This document shows positions 30,044-39,279 of a stretch of 64,000 nt of DNA, one piece after another. Origin of the DNA: an uncultured Phycisphaeraceae bacterium (GTDB lineage Bacteria > Planctomycetota > Phycisphaerae > Phycisphaerales > UBA1924); assembly GCA_965369025.1 (NCBI GenBank), contig CBDUPB010000002.1, forward strand, positions 580,555 to 644,554, read 5' to 3'. The notes under the pieces are model-generated. The model was not told the DNA's origin. It searched no databases and saw only the letters and a list, made by a program, of their open reading frames with translations. The position numbers and the translations under genes were made by a program. Position 1 is the stretch's first letter. Every line of letters begins with the position of its first letter.

Positions 30044-31246
30044 ATGCGCCGAACGATGGCCAAGAAAGTCAGCAAGAAGGTCTCGAAGAAAACCGCCGCC
30101 GCCTCCGCGCCCTCGGGAAGGCGGAGCGGCACGACGGCCGGCGGCCGCGAGGCAGCGGCCCGGATCGTCAAGATGGCCGAGCGCGTGATCGAAACATCGC
30201 TCGGGCAGACGGACCCCGCCGCCGACGGCGATCCCTACTTCGATGTGCCCACCCGCGCGCTGTCCAACACGCGATTCAACGAGAAGAAGCGCCGCCTCGA
30301 AATGGGCGCCGCAACACAGCGGCGCAACTTCTTCAACGCCAGCCAGGCGCGGAAGTTCATGCAGTCTCTGCTCCTCGCCAACGGCTGCAAGGACCTGATC
30401 GGCGAGGGCAAGACCCTCAGCCTGCGCGGTATGTACTACCGTTCGCTCCACTCGATCCCGGGCACGAAGGAGAAGACCTTCGACGACCAGACCGAGAGCG
30501 ACGCCGTGCTCGAAGACCTGGAGGTCTCGCTCGGCGCCATGCGCGAGGAACTGCATGTCTTCGCGAAGAAGCGTGGCACGATGGTCGGGAACATCACGAT
30601 CACCGACAACGGCGACGAGATCAACTGCCGGCGCATGGGCTCGGGCGGGTACGCCATCCCGAGCATCTGCGAGCCGGATGTCATCAAGTTCGGGAAGTGC
30701 GACGCCAAGTTCGTCCTCCATGTCGAGAAGGACACCGTCTGGTCACGCTTCAATGAGGACCGGTTCTGGGAGAAGCACAACTGCATTCTCACCGAGGGCA
30801 GCGGCCAGCCGCCGCGCGGCGTGCGACGGCTCCTCCACCGCCTCCACCACGAACTGGGCCTGCCCGTCTATTGCCTGCTCGATTGCGACCCGTGGGGGCA
30901 CTACATCTACAGCGTCATCAAGCAGGGCTCGATCGCCCTGGCCTACGAGAGCGAGCGAATGGCGATCCCCAACGCCAAGTTCCTGGGCATCCGCGCCATC
31001 GACTACGACCGGTGCGATCTCAGCGACGATGTGCAGATCGAACTGAACGATCGGGACATCTCGCGGGCGAGGCAAATCGCGGCCTACCCGTGGTTCGCGA
31101 GCAACAAGCCGTGGCAGCGCGAGATCGACAAGATGCTCAAGAACGGCTTCAAGATGGAAGTCGAGTCGCTCATCACCAAGGACATCTCGTATGTCACCGA
31201 GGTGTATGTGCCAGAACGGCTTAAGCAGAAAGACTGGCTCGACTGA
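30044..31246 (+). CDS. top6A: DNA topoisomerase VI subunit A (Spo11-type)
   Basis: 400 aa. 5Y-CAP region with LSLRGMYYRS (candidate catalytic Tyr). Toprim HVEKDTVW and LLDCDPWGHYIYSV. Lys-rich N-terminus MAKKVSKKVSKK. Starts 43 nt after top6B. Confidence 0.9.
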   Translation: MRRTMAKKVSKKVSKKTAAASAPSGRRSGTTAGGREAAARIVKMAERVIETSLGQTDPAADGDPYFDVPTRALSNTRFNEKKRRLEMGAATQRRNFFNASQARKFMQSLLLANGCKDLIGEGKTLSLRGMYYRSLHSIPGTKEKTFDDQTESDAVLEDLEVSLGAMREELHVFAKKRGTMVGNITITDNGDEINCRRMGSGGYAIPSICEPDVIKFGKCDAKFVLHVEKDTVWSRFNEDRFWEKHNCILTEGSGQPPRGVRRLLHRLHHELGLPVYCLLDCDPWGHYIYSVIKQGSIALAYESERMAIPNAKFLGIRAIDYDRCDLSDDVQIELNDRDISRARQIAAYPWFASNKPWQREIDKMLKNGFKMEVESLITKDISYVTEVYVPERLKQKDWLD

Positions 31247-31448
31247 GCCCCCGCGGGGCCGCTCGTAAGTCTGGGGCCCCGGGAAAACCCGAATAATGGC
31301 CGTTCATACGAAAACTTCCCGAACGCCGATTTCGGATATGCAGAACGATGGCTATTCTTCCCCGCTCTCCACGCGTGTCGGCGTGGGCCGGCCATGACGC
31401 CGCAGGCATTCGTTTCGGTATGCTCCGTGTGATCGATGGCGAGGAATA

Positions 31449-32102
31449 ATGCCGGAAGCCATGACCAATCCGGGTACGAGCGAGAACGGGCGAACCTCAT
31501 GGCTCCCCGACTCGGTTCTCATTGCTGAGGACGACCTTCTCATCGCGCGCAGCGTCCGCGACCTCGTCGTGAGCCTCGGTGTGAAAGTCGTGGGCATGGC
31601 ACAAAATGGTGTCAAAGCCCTCGAACTTGCCACAGAAATGAGACCCAGCGCCGCCCTCGTCGACATCCGCATGCCGGAAATGGACGGGATCGAAGCGGCA
31701 GAGCGGCTATGGGTCGATCTGGGCATCCCCTCCATCCTGCTCACCGCCTACGGCGCCGAGGAATTCGTCCGCCGGGCCGCCAACGCGCCCGTCTTCGGAT
31801 ATGTCCTCAAGCCCCCGACCGCAGAAAACCTCCGCTCGGCGATGTGCGTTGGCTGGGCCAACGCGCAAAAACGGATCGAATCCGAATCGGCCGCGGCCGA
31901 CCTCCGCCGCACGCTCGAGCATCGCAAAATGACCGAGCGCGCGAAGTGGCGGCTGGTGGAAATCGGCGGGCTCAGCGAGCCCGACGCGCACCTCGCCCTC
32001 CAGCGCGCCGCGCGCACCGCCCGCAAGCCGCTCATCGACATCGCCCAACAGGTCATCGAGGCCGACGATCCCGCTTCCGTCGTGCGAGTTCCGGCCAGCT
32101 AA
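31449..32102 (+). CDS. response regulator with ANTAR RNA-binding output domain
   Basis: Receiver domain (VLIAEDDLLIA, DIRMPEMDG, YVLKP) plus ANTAR (LEHRKMTERAKWRLVEIGGLSEPDAHLALQRAARTARKPLIDIAQQVI). No kinase gene is adjacent. An alternative ATG lies at 31461. Confidence 0.85.
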   Translation: MPEAMTNPGTSENGRTSWLPDSVLIAEDDLLIARSVRDLVVSLGVKVVGMAQNGVKALELATEMRPSAALVDIRMPEMDGIEAAERLWVDLGIPSILLTAYGAEEFVRRAANAPVFGYVLKPPTAENLRSAMCVGWANAQKRIESESAAADLRRTLEHRKMTERAKWRLVEIGGLSEPDAHLALQRAARTARKPLIDIAQQVIEADDPASVVRVPAS

Positions 32103-32640
32103 GGACTTGTGGCATCTTGCCTATCTTCGCGCCCGGGCCCGGTCTTTCGCATCCATGAACATCAAGACGCCGTGAATTCGCGCAAAGGGCCTTTCTTCGC
32201 GGCGCAACTTCGGTAGTCTGACACCTCGCTCGCGGTTGCCTTTGTGAGATCGGTCGATGGCGAGCATCTGAAGCGAACGCGGCCCGGTCGCGTGGTGTGA
32301 GCGTCTTGGAGGAGACGCTTACCCTCGTGCCGGGCTGCTTCGCTTTTTGCGCGAGGCCCCAACGCCGCGCCGTCGTGCCCCGAGAACCTGCGGCATTTTT
32401 CGGACGGCACTTATCTTCCCCCGTTATCCGTCCGATCACGCTTTCGGACCTGAGCCGCCCGCTCAAGAGACGGGCTGCCGGGGTCCGATAAGGGCCTGAG
32501 CGCGGAGCGCCGGGCGCAACGATGGGATCCCCCGCCAGGGCTCGCGACGCCCCGGCGAGGTGGACTCCGGCGGAGCCGGAACGACACGCCGATCAAATCG
32601 CGGCCCGCGGTCATCTGGACCGGGGCCGAGGAGTCGCCTC

Positions 32641-34206
32641 ATGCCGCTCACCCACGCAGCCACCCTCTCCGCTCTTCGCACCCTTGGTCTGGCTATGACC
32701 CCGGCCGCGCTCGCCGCGCTCGCGGGATGCTCGATCAACGCGCAGCCCCTGCACACGGCCTCCAGCGGGCACGCGCCCCACTCGCCGCGCACCGCACCCC
32801 AGAACCACGCCGCCCACGCCTCGAACGGCCAGGCCGATCCCACCGATCCGTTCGCGCTTTCCTCAGCGCCGGCCGGGCACACCGACTCCGCCACCGATCC
32901 GTTCGCTCCGTGGAATAACACGCACGGCAACACGCCAAATGTCTTCGGCGAACTCGCCGAGGGCGGCGCGCACGGCGGCCCTTCCACCTCGGGCGACGAC
33001 TTCGCCGAGAACCTTCGCCAGATCACCTTCTCTCAGGTCGGCGCCGATTTCCAGCCCGACATCTCGCGTGACGGTCAGTGGATCACTTTCGCGTCCACAC
33101 AGCACAGTTCGAGCGCGGACCTCTACATCAAGACCATCGGCAGCCACGCCGTCACCCGCCTGACCAACGACCCCGGGCAGGACATCATGCCCACCTTCTC
33201 GCCCGACGGCCGCCGCATCGCGTTCTCTTCGAACCGCGACGGCTCGTGGGACATCTTCGTCATGAGCGTCGGCGGCGGACAGCCCATCCAGCTCACCGAA
33301 GGCGAGAGCCACGAACTGCACCCCACCTGGTCGCCCGACGGCAAGCACCTCGCCTTCTGCCGTCTGAACCCCGCGAGCAACAAGTGGGAGATCTGGGTCA
33401 TCGACGCCATGCACACAGGTGTCGCGCGGTACCTCGGTCACGGCCTCTTCCCGCGCTGGAGCCCTACGGGCGACACCATCGCGTTCCAGAAGTCCCGCGA
33501 TCGCGACGACCGCTTCTTCGCCATCTGGACGATCGACTTCGTCCAGGGCGAAGCCATCAACCCCACCGAGATCGCCTCTTCCCCGGTCGCCGCGTTCATC
33601 AACCCGACCTGGTCGCCCGACGGTTCGCGCCTCGCGTTCGCGTCGATCCCCAACCCCGAAGGCGGCGTGGGCTCCGAACTCGGCGCACGCCCCACCAACG
33701 CTGACATCTGGATGGTCGAGATGAACGGCTCAGGCCGCGCCCGGCTCACCGGAGGCCAGTTCGTGAACCTCATGCCCGTCTGGGCCCCCGACTGGCGCCT
33801 GTACTTCGTCTCCGACCGCGGCGGCAAGGACAATGTCTGGTCGCTCCGCCCCGACCGCGCCATGATCGCCGCCCGCGGCGACGCCCCCGGCGCCTACTCC
33901 CTGCGCACCCCGGCCCAGCGCACCGGCGACGCTTCGCCGCGCCGCTCCACCATGTCCAACATGAACCACACCGCGCCGACGCAGAACAGGCCGAACACCG
34001 ACGCGCACGCCGACGCCTACTACCACGAGAACGACGGCGAGATCTCCATGCAGCCCGGCACCCCCGAGGCCATCGTCCAGGGCATCCCGACCCCGCTCCC
34101 GCCGGGCGTCCGCGCCCCGGCCGCGCACGAACCACAGACCAAGCCGTCCCTCCCCGGCAACTTCGTCTTCGCGCCCGCGCGTGACGACACCGAACCCGAA
34201 GACTGA
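32641..34206 (+). CDS. TolB-like beta-propeller lipoprotein
   Basis: ATG 32641 with GAGGAG upstream and lipobox LAALAGCS. PD40 repeats (FSPDGRRIAFSS, WSPDGKHLAFC, WSPTGDTIAF, WSPDGSRLAFAS). Disordered C-terminal tail. Confidence 0.8.
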   Translation: MPLTHAATLSALRTLGLAMTPAALAALAGCSINAQPLHTASSGHAPHSPRTAPQNHAAHASNGQADPTDPFALSSAPAGHTDSATDPFAPWNNTHGNTPNVFGELAEGGAHGGPSTSGDDFAENLRQITFSQVGADFQPDISRDGQWITFASTQHSSSADLYIKTIGSHAVTRLTNDPGQDIMPTFSPDGRRIAFSSNRDGSWDIFVMSVGGGQPIQLTEGESHELHPTWSPDGKHLAFCRLNPASNKWEIWVIDAMHTGVARYLGHGLFPRWSPTGDTIAFQKSRDRDDRFFAIWTIDFVQGEAINPTEIASSPVAAFINPTWSPDGSRLAFASIPNPEGGVGSELGARPTNADIWMVEMNGSGRARLTGGQFVNLMPVWAPDWRLYFVSDRGGKDNVWSLRPDRAMIAARGDAPGAYSLRTPAQRTGDASPRRSTMSNMNHTAPTQNRPNTDAHADAYYHENDGEISMQPGTPEAIVQGIPTPLPPGVRAPAAHEPQTKPSLPGNFVFAPARDDTEPED

Positions 34207-34348
34207 TACTCCGCCGCCCGCCCGGGGCCACGACGCCCGACCGCGCAGACTCTCGCTCATCCGGCGCACGCCGATGTGCCGAGCAAAGAAGAAGATTCTC
34301 CTGATCTCACCAACGCGGGCGGAGCCCCGCTTGAAAGGCACGGACGCC

Positions 34349-35185
34349 ATGACAACCGCACAGCGCATGCTCGCGTCGCTCACCAGCGTCGCGACCCGAA
34401 CGGCTCTGTCCGCGACGCTGGTCGCCGGGATGGTGATCGCCGGCTGCACCTCCAAGGTGCCCCGCGAACAACTCATCCCGCCCCGCGTGCTCGTTGCCCC
34501 CTACCACGAGGGCCGGGGCGGACAGGCCGAGATCCTCTGGGCAGTCGCCCCCCTGCGCAACGAGTCGGGCACCACGCTCGTCGACACCCTCGCGATGACC
34601 GACACGCTCACCCAGCAGGTCGAGCAGATCCGCGGCGTCACGACCGTCCCCCTCAACCGCACCCTCGGCATGATGCAGGCCCTCGGGCTCTATTCGATCG
34701 ACTCGCCGCAGCAGGCCCAGGCCGTCATCGACGCCCTCGGGCTCGACGGCATCATCGTCGGCTCCATCACGGGCTACGACCCGTACGACCCGCCAAAGTA
34801 CGGCCTCGCCCTCGCCCTCTTCGCCCGACCGGGCGCCATGGGCACGCCGGGCCCCGGCTCACACGACCCACTCTCGAACGACCCCTCGCTCCTGAACGCG
34901 GCCGCGACCGACTCGGCCATCGATGTCTCCCGCGAATCACTCGCGCCCGTGTCGTTCGCCGCCGAGTTCTTCGACGGCCGCAACCACGAGGTGCTGATGG
35001 CCGTGGAGAGTTACGCCGCAGGACGAAACGACACTGTATCGGCCCTCGGATGGCGCCGATATCTCGTGAGCATGCCGCTGTTCGCGGAATTCGCGAGCTA
35101 TTGCCTCGCCGAGCGCCTCGTCGAATCGGAACGCATCCGACTCGTCAGAACGCTCGTCAGCGAGGCACGAACGACGGACCGTTAG
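34349..35185 (+). CDS. hypothetical lipoprotein (possible LpoB/GNA1162-like fold)
   Basis: ATG 34349 and lipobox VIAGCTS. The central segment GLDGIIVGSITGYDPYDPPKYGLALALF is reminiscent of small envelope lipoproteins. The family assignment is a guess. Confidence 0.55.
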   Translation: MTTAQRMLASLTSVATRTALSATLVAGMVIAGCTSKVPREQLIPPRVLVAPYHEGRGGQAEILWAVAPLRNESGTTLVDTLAMTDTLTQQVEQIRGVTTVPLNRTLGMMQALGLYSIDSPQQAQAVIDALGLDGIIVGSITGYDPYDPPKYGLALALFARPGAMGTPGPGSHDPLSNDPSLLNAAATDSAIDVSRESLAPVSFAAEFFDGRNHEVLMAVESYAAGRNDTVSALGWRRYLVSMPLFAEFASYCLAERLVESERIRLVRTLVSEARTTDR

Positions 35186-35234
35186 CCGCCCTCTGGCATC
35201 CACGCCGAGGCGGCCCAGCAAGGAAAGCCCGGCG

Positions 35235-35420
35235 ATGGATCGCCTCGAACGACACGCCAACACGAACACCGACCACGCCGCGCACCCTCGGCCGCGCGAT
35301 TTCACGCTCCAGCGCGGCGAGCACACCTACCGCATCCGCGCCGACGGCCGCTCCGAGCGGGAACTGCTCCGCGAACTCCGCGCCATCGCACGCCCCGCAG
35401 ACACCCGCCGCGCCGCCTGA
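35235..35420 (+). CDS. small hypothetical protein (61 aa)
   Basis: ATG preceded by AGGAAAG, with high third-position GC. No recognisable motif. Confidence 0.3.
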   Translation: MDRLERHANTNTDHAAHPRPRDFTLQRGEHTYRIRADGRSERELLRELRAIARPADTRRAA

Positions 35421-35485
35421 ACGACACACCGCCCACCACACGCGACGACACCGCTCGCCGCGAAACCTTGAAAGAGACCCCGCAC

Positions 35486-36535
35486 ATGAGCGCAACCTCC
35501 CCACTGCCCCTCGTCAACGCGTTCCTGGCCTACCTGACCGACGAACGCCACTTCAGCCCCTACACGGCGCGGTGCTACGGCGCGGACCTCCGCCAGTTTG
35601 TCGGTTTCCTGACCGACGACCTCAATGTCACGCTCGACGAGGCCGCCGAGCGCAAGGCCTTCGACCTCCGCGAGGCAGAAGCCGCGCGCAGCCAGGGCAA
35701 CGCGGCCCCCGTCGCCGGCTCCATCGGCCCGGCCAAGACCGTGACCGCCGCGCTCGCCGACATGGACCCCGACCTGGTCCGCAAGTACCTCGCGCACCTC
35801 AGCGATCAGCAGTACTCGCCCGCCACCATGGCGCGCAAGATCGCCACCCTCCGCTCGTTCTTCAAGTGGGCCGAGCGCCGCGGCTTCGCCGTCCGCAACC
35901 CGATGACCCTCATCCGCACGCCCAAGCAGAACAAGCGCCTCCCCAAAGCCATCACGATCGAACAGATCGAACTGCTCCTCTCGGCCCCCGACGACAAGGA
36001 AGTGCTCGGCTCACGCGATCGCGCGATCCTCGAGACGCTCTATTCGACGGGTATCCGAATCTCCGAACTCGTCGACCTCGGCATCGAGGACCTCGATGAG
36101 ACCGGCGAAGCCCTCCATGTCCGAGGCAAGGGCAAGAAGGAGCGCATCGTGCCCCTCGGCGCCCACGCCCTCAACGCCATCCGCGGCTACGCACGCCTTC
36201 TGCGCAACGACCCCCGGTTCTCGGCGGTCTGGCACGAGGACCGCTCGGTCCGCCCCCTCTTCGTGAACAAGCACGGCGGGCGCCTCTCGTCCCGCTCGGT
36301 CCGCCGCAAGCTCGACAAGTATCTCAAGGAGGTCGGGATGGATCCCTCCATCAGCCCCCACACCCTCCGCCACTCCTTCGCGACCCACCTCCTGGACAAC
36401 GGCGCCGACCTGCGCAGCGTGCAGGAGCTCCTCGGCCACCAGTCGCTCAGCACCACCCAGGTGTACACCCACCTGACCGCGCAACGGCTGCGCAAGGCCT
36501 ACGACGACGCCCACCCCCGGGCCGAGGCCAGCTGA
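35486..36535 (+). CDS. xerC: tyrosine site-specific recombinase XerC/XerD family
   Basis: N-terminal SAM-like domain (LVNAFLAYLTDERHFSPYTARCYGADLRQF). Catalytic region RAILETLYSTGIRISE, HTLRHSFATHLL, LGHQSLSTTQVYTHL. I cannot distinguish XerC from XerD. Confidence 0.85.
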   Translation: MSATSPLPLVNAFLAYLTDERHFSPYTARCYGADLRQFVGFLTDDLNVTLDEAAERKAFDLREAEAARSQGNAAPVAGSIGPAKTVTAALADMDPDLVRKYLAHLSDQQYSPATMARKIATLRSFFKWAERRGFAVRNPMTLIRTPKQNKRLPKAITIEQIELLLSAPDDKEVLGSRDRAILETLYSTGIRISELVDLGIEDLDETGEALHVRGKGKKERIVPLGAHALNAIRGYARLLRNDPRFSAVWHEDRSVRPLFVNKHGGRLSSRSVRRKLDKYLKEVGMDPSISPHTLRHSFATHLLDNGADLRSVQELLGHQSLSTTQVYTHLTAQRLRKAYDDAHPRAEAS

Positions 36536-36621
36536 GCCCAGCGCCCCCCTCCCCAGAACTCCATACGGAAGTCTCCTCGCGCCCCGGGAACGAAAAGCGT
36601 CCCGGGGCGTACACTTTCCGC

Positions 36622-37713
36622 ATGACCAAGACCCCCCGCCGCGTTTCTCGTCTGGCCATCGCCCTCGCCGCCATGGCCGGCCTCGCCGCTCCTTATGCCG
36701 CTGCGCAGGATCAGCCGGCCGCGCCAGCCGAAGCCCGTCCGGCGCCCGCGCCCGACGCGCTCCTCGATGACATCGTGCGCGCCATGAGCGGCTCGTTCAT
36801 CTCCGATGAACTCCGCATCATCGCCCTCCCGATGCCAACGACCGACGCCGACCGCGTCCTCTTCGTCGCCGCCGAGACCGGCGAAGGCGAAACCATGGGC
36901 CAGGTCTTCTTCCAGGTCTTCCGCTTCGAGGGCAAGCCCCTTGTCCGCATGGTGCGCATCCCCGGAGGCGTGGCCGCAGCGCCGGGCCTCTACGCCGCCA
37001 TGGACGCCATCGGACCCGTCTCCCTCGGCCAGCTCGATGTCACGGGCGACCTCACCCCCCACTACGACGAATCGACCGACACGCTCACCCTCGACACCAA
37101 CGGGTACTTCCCCACCTACGCGGGCGGCGCAACCATGATGCGCTCCTCCTTCACCTACTCGCCCAGCGGCATGACGATCGAAGAAGTCGGACTCGACGCC
37201 GACGGCGCCTCCGTCTGGACATTCCCCGAGGGCGGCAAGACCACGCTCAACCGCACCGGCGCCGCGCCGACCGCCAAGAAGACCGACTCCGGCCTCCGCA
37301 TGATGACCGTCAAGGAAGCCCCCGAGTCCGCGCAGGTCAGCAAGGAAGGCGACACCTTCACCGTCCACTACACCGGATGGCTCCCCAGCGGCCAGGTCTT
37401 CGACACCAGCAAGCAGCCCGGCCGCCAGCCCTTCACCATCCAGATCCCCGGCGGAGTCATCGCCGGCTGGAACGAAGGCCTCGTCGGCATGAAGGTCGGC
37501 GAAACCCGACGCCTCTTCATCCCGCCCTCGCTCGGCTACGGCGAGCGCGGCGCCGGCGGCGTCATCCCCCCCAACTCATGGCTCGTCTTCGATGTCGAAC
37601 TCATCGCCATCAACGACCCAGCCGCCGCGCAGCAGCAAGTCCCCGCCAGCAACACCGGAAACTCGGGCGACATGAGCCACGACCACGACGGCGACGGCAT
37701 TCCCGATCACTGA
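36622..37713 (+). CDS. secreted FKBP-type peptidyl-prolyl cis-trans isomerase with N-terminal extra domain
   Basis: Signal peptide, then C-terminal FKBP domain VHYTGWLPSGQVFDTS...GVIAGWNEGLVGMKVGETRRLFIPPSLGYGERG...LVFDVELI. Confidence 0.88.
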   Translation: MTKTPRRVSRLAIALAAMAGLAAPYAAAQDQPAAPAEARPAPAPDALLDDIVRAMSGSFISDELRIIALPMPTTDADRVLFVAAETGEGETMGQVFFQVFRFEGKPLVRMVRIPGGVAAAPGLYAAMDAIGPVSLGQLDVTGDLTPHYDESTDTLTLDTNGYFPTYAGGATMMRSSFTYSPSGMTIEEVGLDADGASVWTFPEGGKTTLNRTGAAPTAKKTDSGLRMMTVKEAPESAQVSKEGDTFTVHYTGWLPSGQVFDTSKQPGRQPFTIQIPGGVIAGWNEGLVGMKVGETRRLFIPPSLGYGERGAGGVIPPNSWLVFDVELIAINDPAAAQQQVPASNTGNSGDMSHDHDGDGIPDH

Positions 37714-37745
37714 TCGGCACACCGCCCATCACGCGATGACCTCAC

Positions 37746-37780
37746 GACGCACGGGATCGCCCCGTGCGTCTTTCGTTTTT
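37746..37780 (+). terminator. rho-independent terminator after the FKBP gene
   Basis: GACGCACGGG-N5-CCCGTGCGTC (10-bp stem) followed by TTTCGTTTTT. It abuts the stop of the convergent sigma54 regulator gene. Confidence 0.65.
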
Positions 37781-39279
37781 CAGAGATCCACCGCGACCAG
37801 CTGGTCTTCCTTCCACTTCTTCAGTTTCAGGCCCAGCGTGCGCACGCCGATGCCCAGCGCCTCGGCCGTCTTCTGACGATGGCCGCGGAACCGCTCGAGC
37901 GTCTCGACGATCGCCTGTCGTTCGATCTCTTCGAGCAGCGGGATGCGCTCGCGCGGGATGATCGGCCCCAGGGACGGCCCGTCGCCGTTCATCGTGGTCA
38001 CCAGATCGCCCGTGGCCGCGCTGGGCTTCAATTCAATCGCCGGCTCGTGGTGCGCGATCGGACCCGAAGAGGTGTCGTCGAGCCACGGCGCGAGCAGCCG
38101 CGCATCGATCGCCTTGCCGCGCGAAAGCACCACGGCACGCTCGATGAGGTTCTGCAGTTCGCGCACATTGCCCGGCCAGCGGTACGCGCACAGCCGGTCG
38201 ATCGCGTCGTCGTTCACGCGAGGCGCCTCGATGCCCTCACGCGACGCGACCTGCGCCACAAAGTGCCGCGCCAGCGCCGGGATGTCGTCCCTGCGCTCAC
38301 GGAGCGGCGGCACCCGCAGGGGGAGCACATTCAACCGGTAAAACAGGTCCTGCCTGAACGATCCCTTGGCGACCTCACGCGGCAGGTCGCGGTTCGTCGT
38401 CGCAATCACCCGCACATCGACCCCGATGGTCGTCGATGAACCCACGCGCTCGAAACTCCGCTCCTGCAGCACGCGCAGCAGTTTCGCCTGAATCTGCGGC
38501 GAGACCTCGCTGATCTCGTCGAGCAGGAGCGTGCCGCGGTCCGACAACTCGAAGCGACCCTTGCGCAGGCGATCGGCGCCGGTGAACGCGCCCTTCTCGT
38601 GCCCGAACAATTCGCTCTCGAGCAGACTCTCCGCAAGCGCCGGACAGTTCATCGCGAGGAACGACTCGTGAGCGCGCGGCGACAACTCGTGGATCGCTCG
38701 CGCCACGACCTCCTTGCCCACCCCAGACTCGCCCGTGATCAGCACCGTCCCGTGCGATCCGGCGATCGCGCGAACCTGATCCTTCACCTCCTGCATGATC
38801 GGTGAGTCGCCCACGATGCGCTGCGCGCCGCGCGGCCCTGCCTGCTGCGCCGCAGGATTCGCGGCCTCCCCGCTCGCGCTCCCGCCCAGGCGCAGCACCG
38901 CGTTCTCACGCTTCAGCCGCGCATGCTCGATGCCGCGCTTCACCGCGATCACCAGCTCGTCGCCCTCGAAGGGTTTGGTAATGAAGTCGAACGCGCCGAG
39001 TTTGATGGCCTTCACCGCCGTCCCGACATCGCCGTACGCGGTCATCAGCACGACCGGAAGATCGTCGTCGATGTCCCGGATGCTCTCGAGCAGTTCCATG
39101 CCGGTCAGCCCGGGCATCTTCAGGTCGGTCACGACGCAATCCGGCCTCCGCCGCGCGATCGTGTCGAGCGCCTGCTGGCCTCCCGGCGCCGAGAGGATCG
39201 TGAACCCCGCCCGCTGGAGCGTCGTCCCGACGCTGTCGCGCATCATTTCTTTGTCATCAACGACAAGCACCGTGCTCAT
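37780..39279 (-). CDS. sigma54-dependent response regulator (NtrC/FlrC/FlgR class)
   Basis: Receiver (VLVVDDKEMM, TDLKMPGLTG), AAA+ domain (GESGVGKE, GAFTGA, LLLDEI), and C-terminal Fis-type HTH (QKTAEALGIGVRTLGLKLKKW). Confidence 0.9.
   Translation of the reverse strand: MSTVLVVDDKEMMRDSVGTTLQRAGFTILSAPGGQQALDTIARRRPDCVVTDLKMPGLTGMELLESIRDIDDDLPVVLMTAYGDVGTAVKAIKLGAFDFITKPFEGDELVIAVKRGIEHARLKRENAVLRLGGSASGEAANPAAQQAGPRGAQRIVGDSPIMQEVKDQVRAIAGSHGTVLITGESGVGKEVVARAIHELSPRAHESFLAMNCPALAESLLESELFGHEKGAFTGADRLRKGRFELSDRGTLLLDEISEVSPQIQAKLLRVLQERSFERVGSSTTIGVDVRVIATTNRDLPREVAKGSFRQDLFYRLNVLPLRVPPLRERRDDIPALARHFVAQVASREGIEAPRVNDDAIDRLCAYRWPGNVRELQNLIERAVVLSRGKAIDARLLAPWLDDTSSGPIAHHEPAIELKPSAATGDLVTTMNGDGPSLGPIIPRERIPLLEEIERQAIVETLERFRGHRQKTAEALGIGVRTLGLKLKKWKEDQLVAVDL

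Noticed and set aside
28238-30721. 827-aa ORF antisense to top6B and top6A
   Set aside because: The sense strand carries diagnostic Topo VI motifs. The antisense product is low-complexity (Gly/Ala/Arg/Asp/Leu/Val) with no domains.
31244-31260. GCCCC-CGC-GGGGC palindrome after top6A as a terminator
   Set aside because: It has only a 5-bp stem with a 3-nt loop and no downstream T-tract, which is too weak to call.
32300-32319. Hexaloop hairpin AGCGUCU-UGGAGG-AGACGCU as an ANTAR target
   Set aside because: ANTAR substrates are two tandem hairpins with A at loop position 1 and G at position 4. This loop is U-G-G-A-G-G, and I found no partner hairpin at the right spacing.
36580-36609. 10-bp hairpin CGCCCCGGGA-N10-TCCCGGGGCG between xerC and the FKBP gene as a terminator
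   Set aside because: The stem is strong, but it is followed by TACACTTTCC rather than a U-tract and ends only 12 nt before the FKBP ATG. It could equally be a leader structure, so I left it uncalled.
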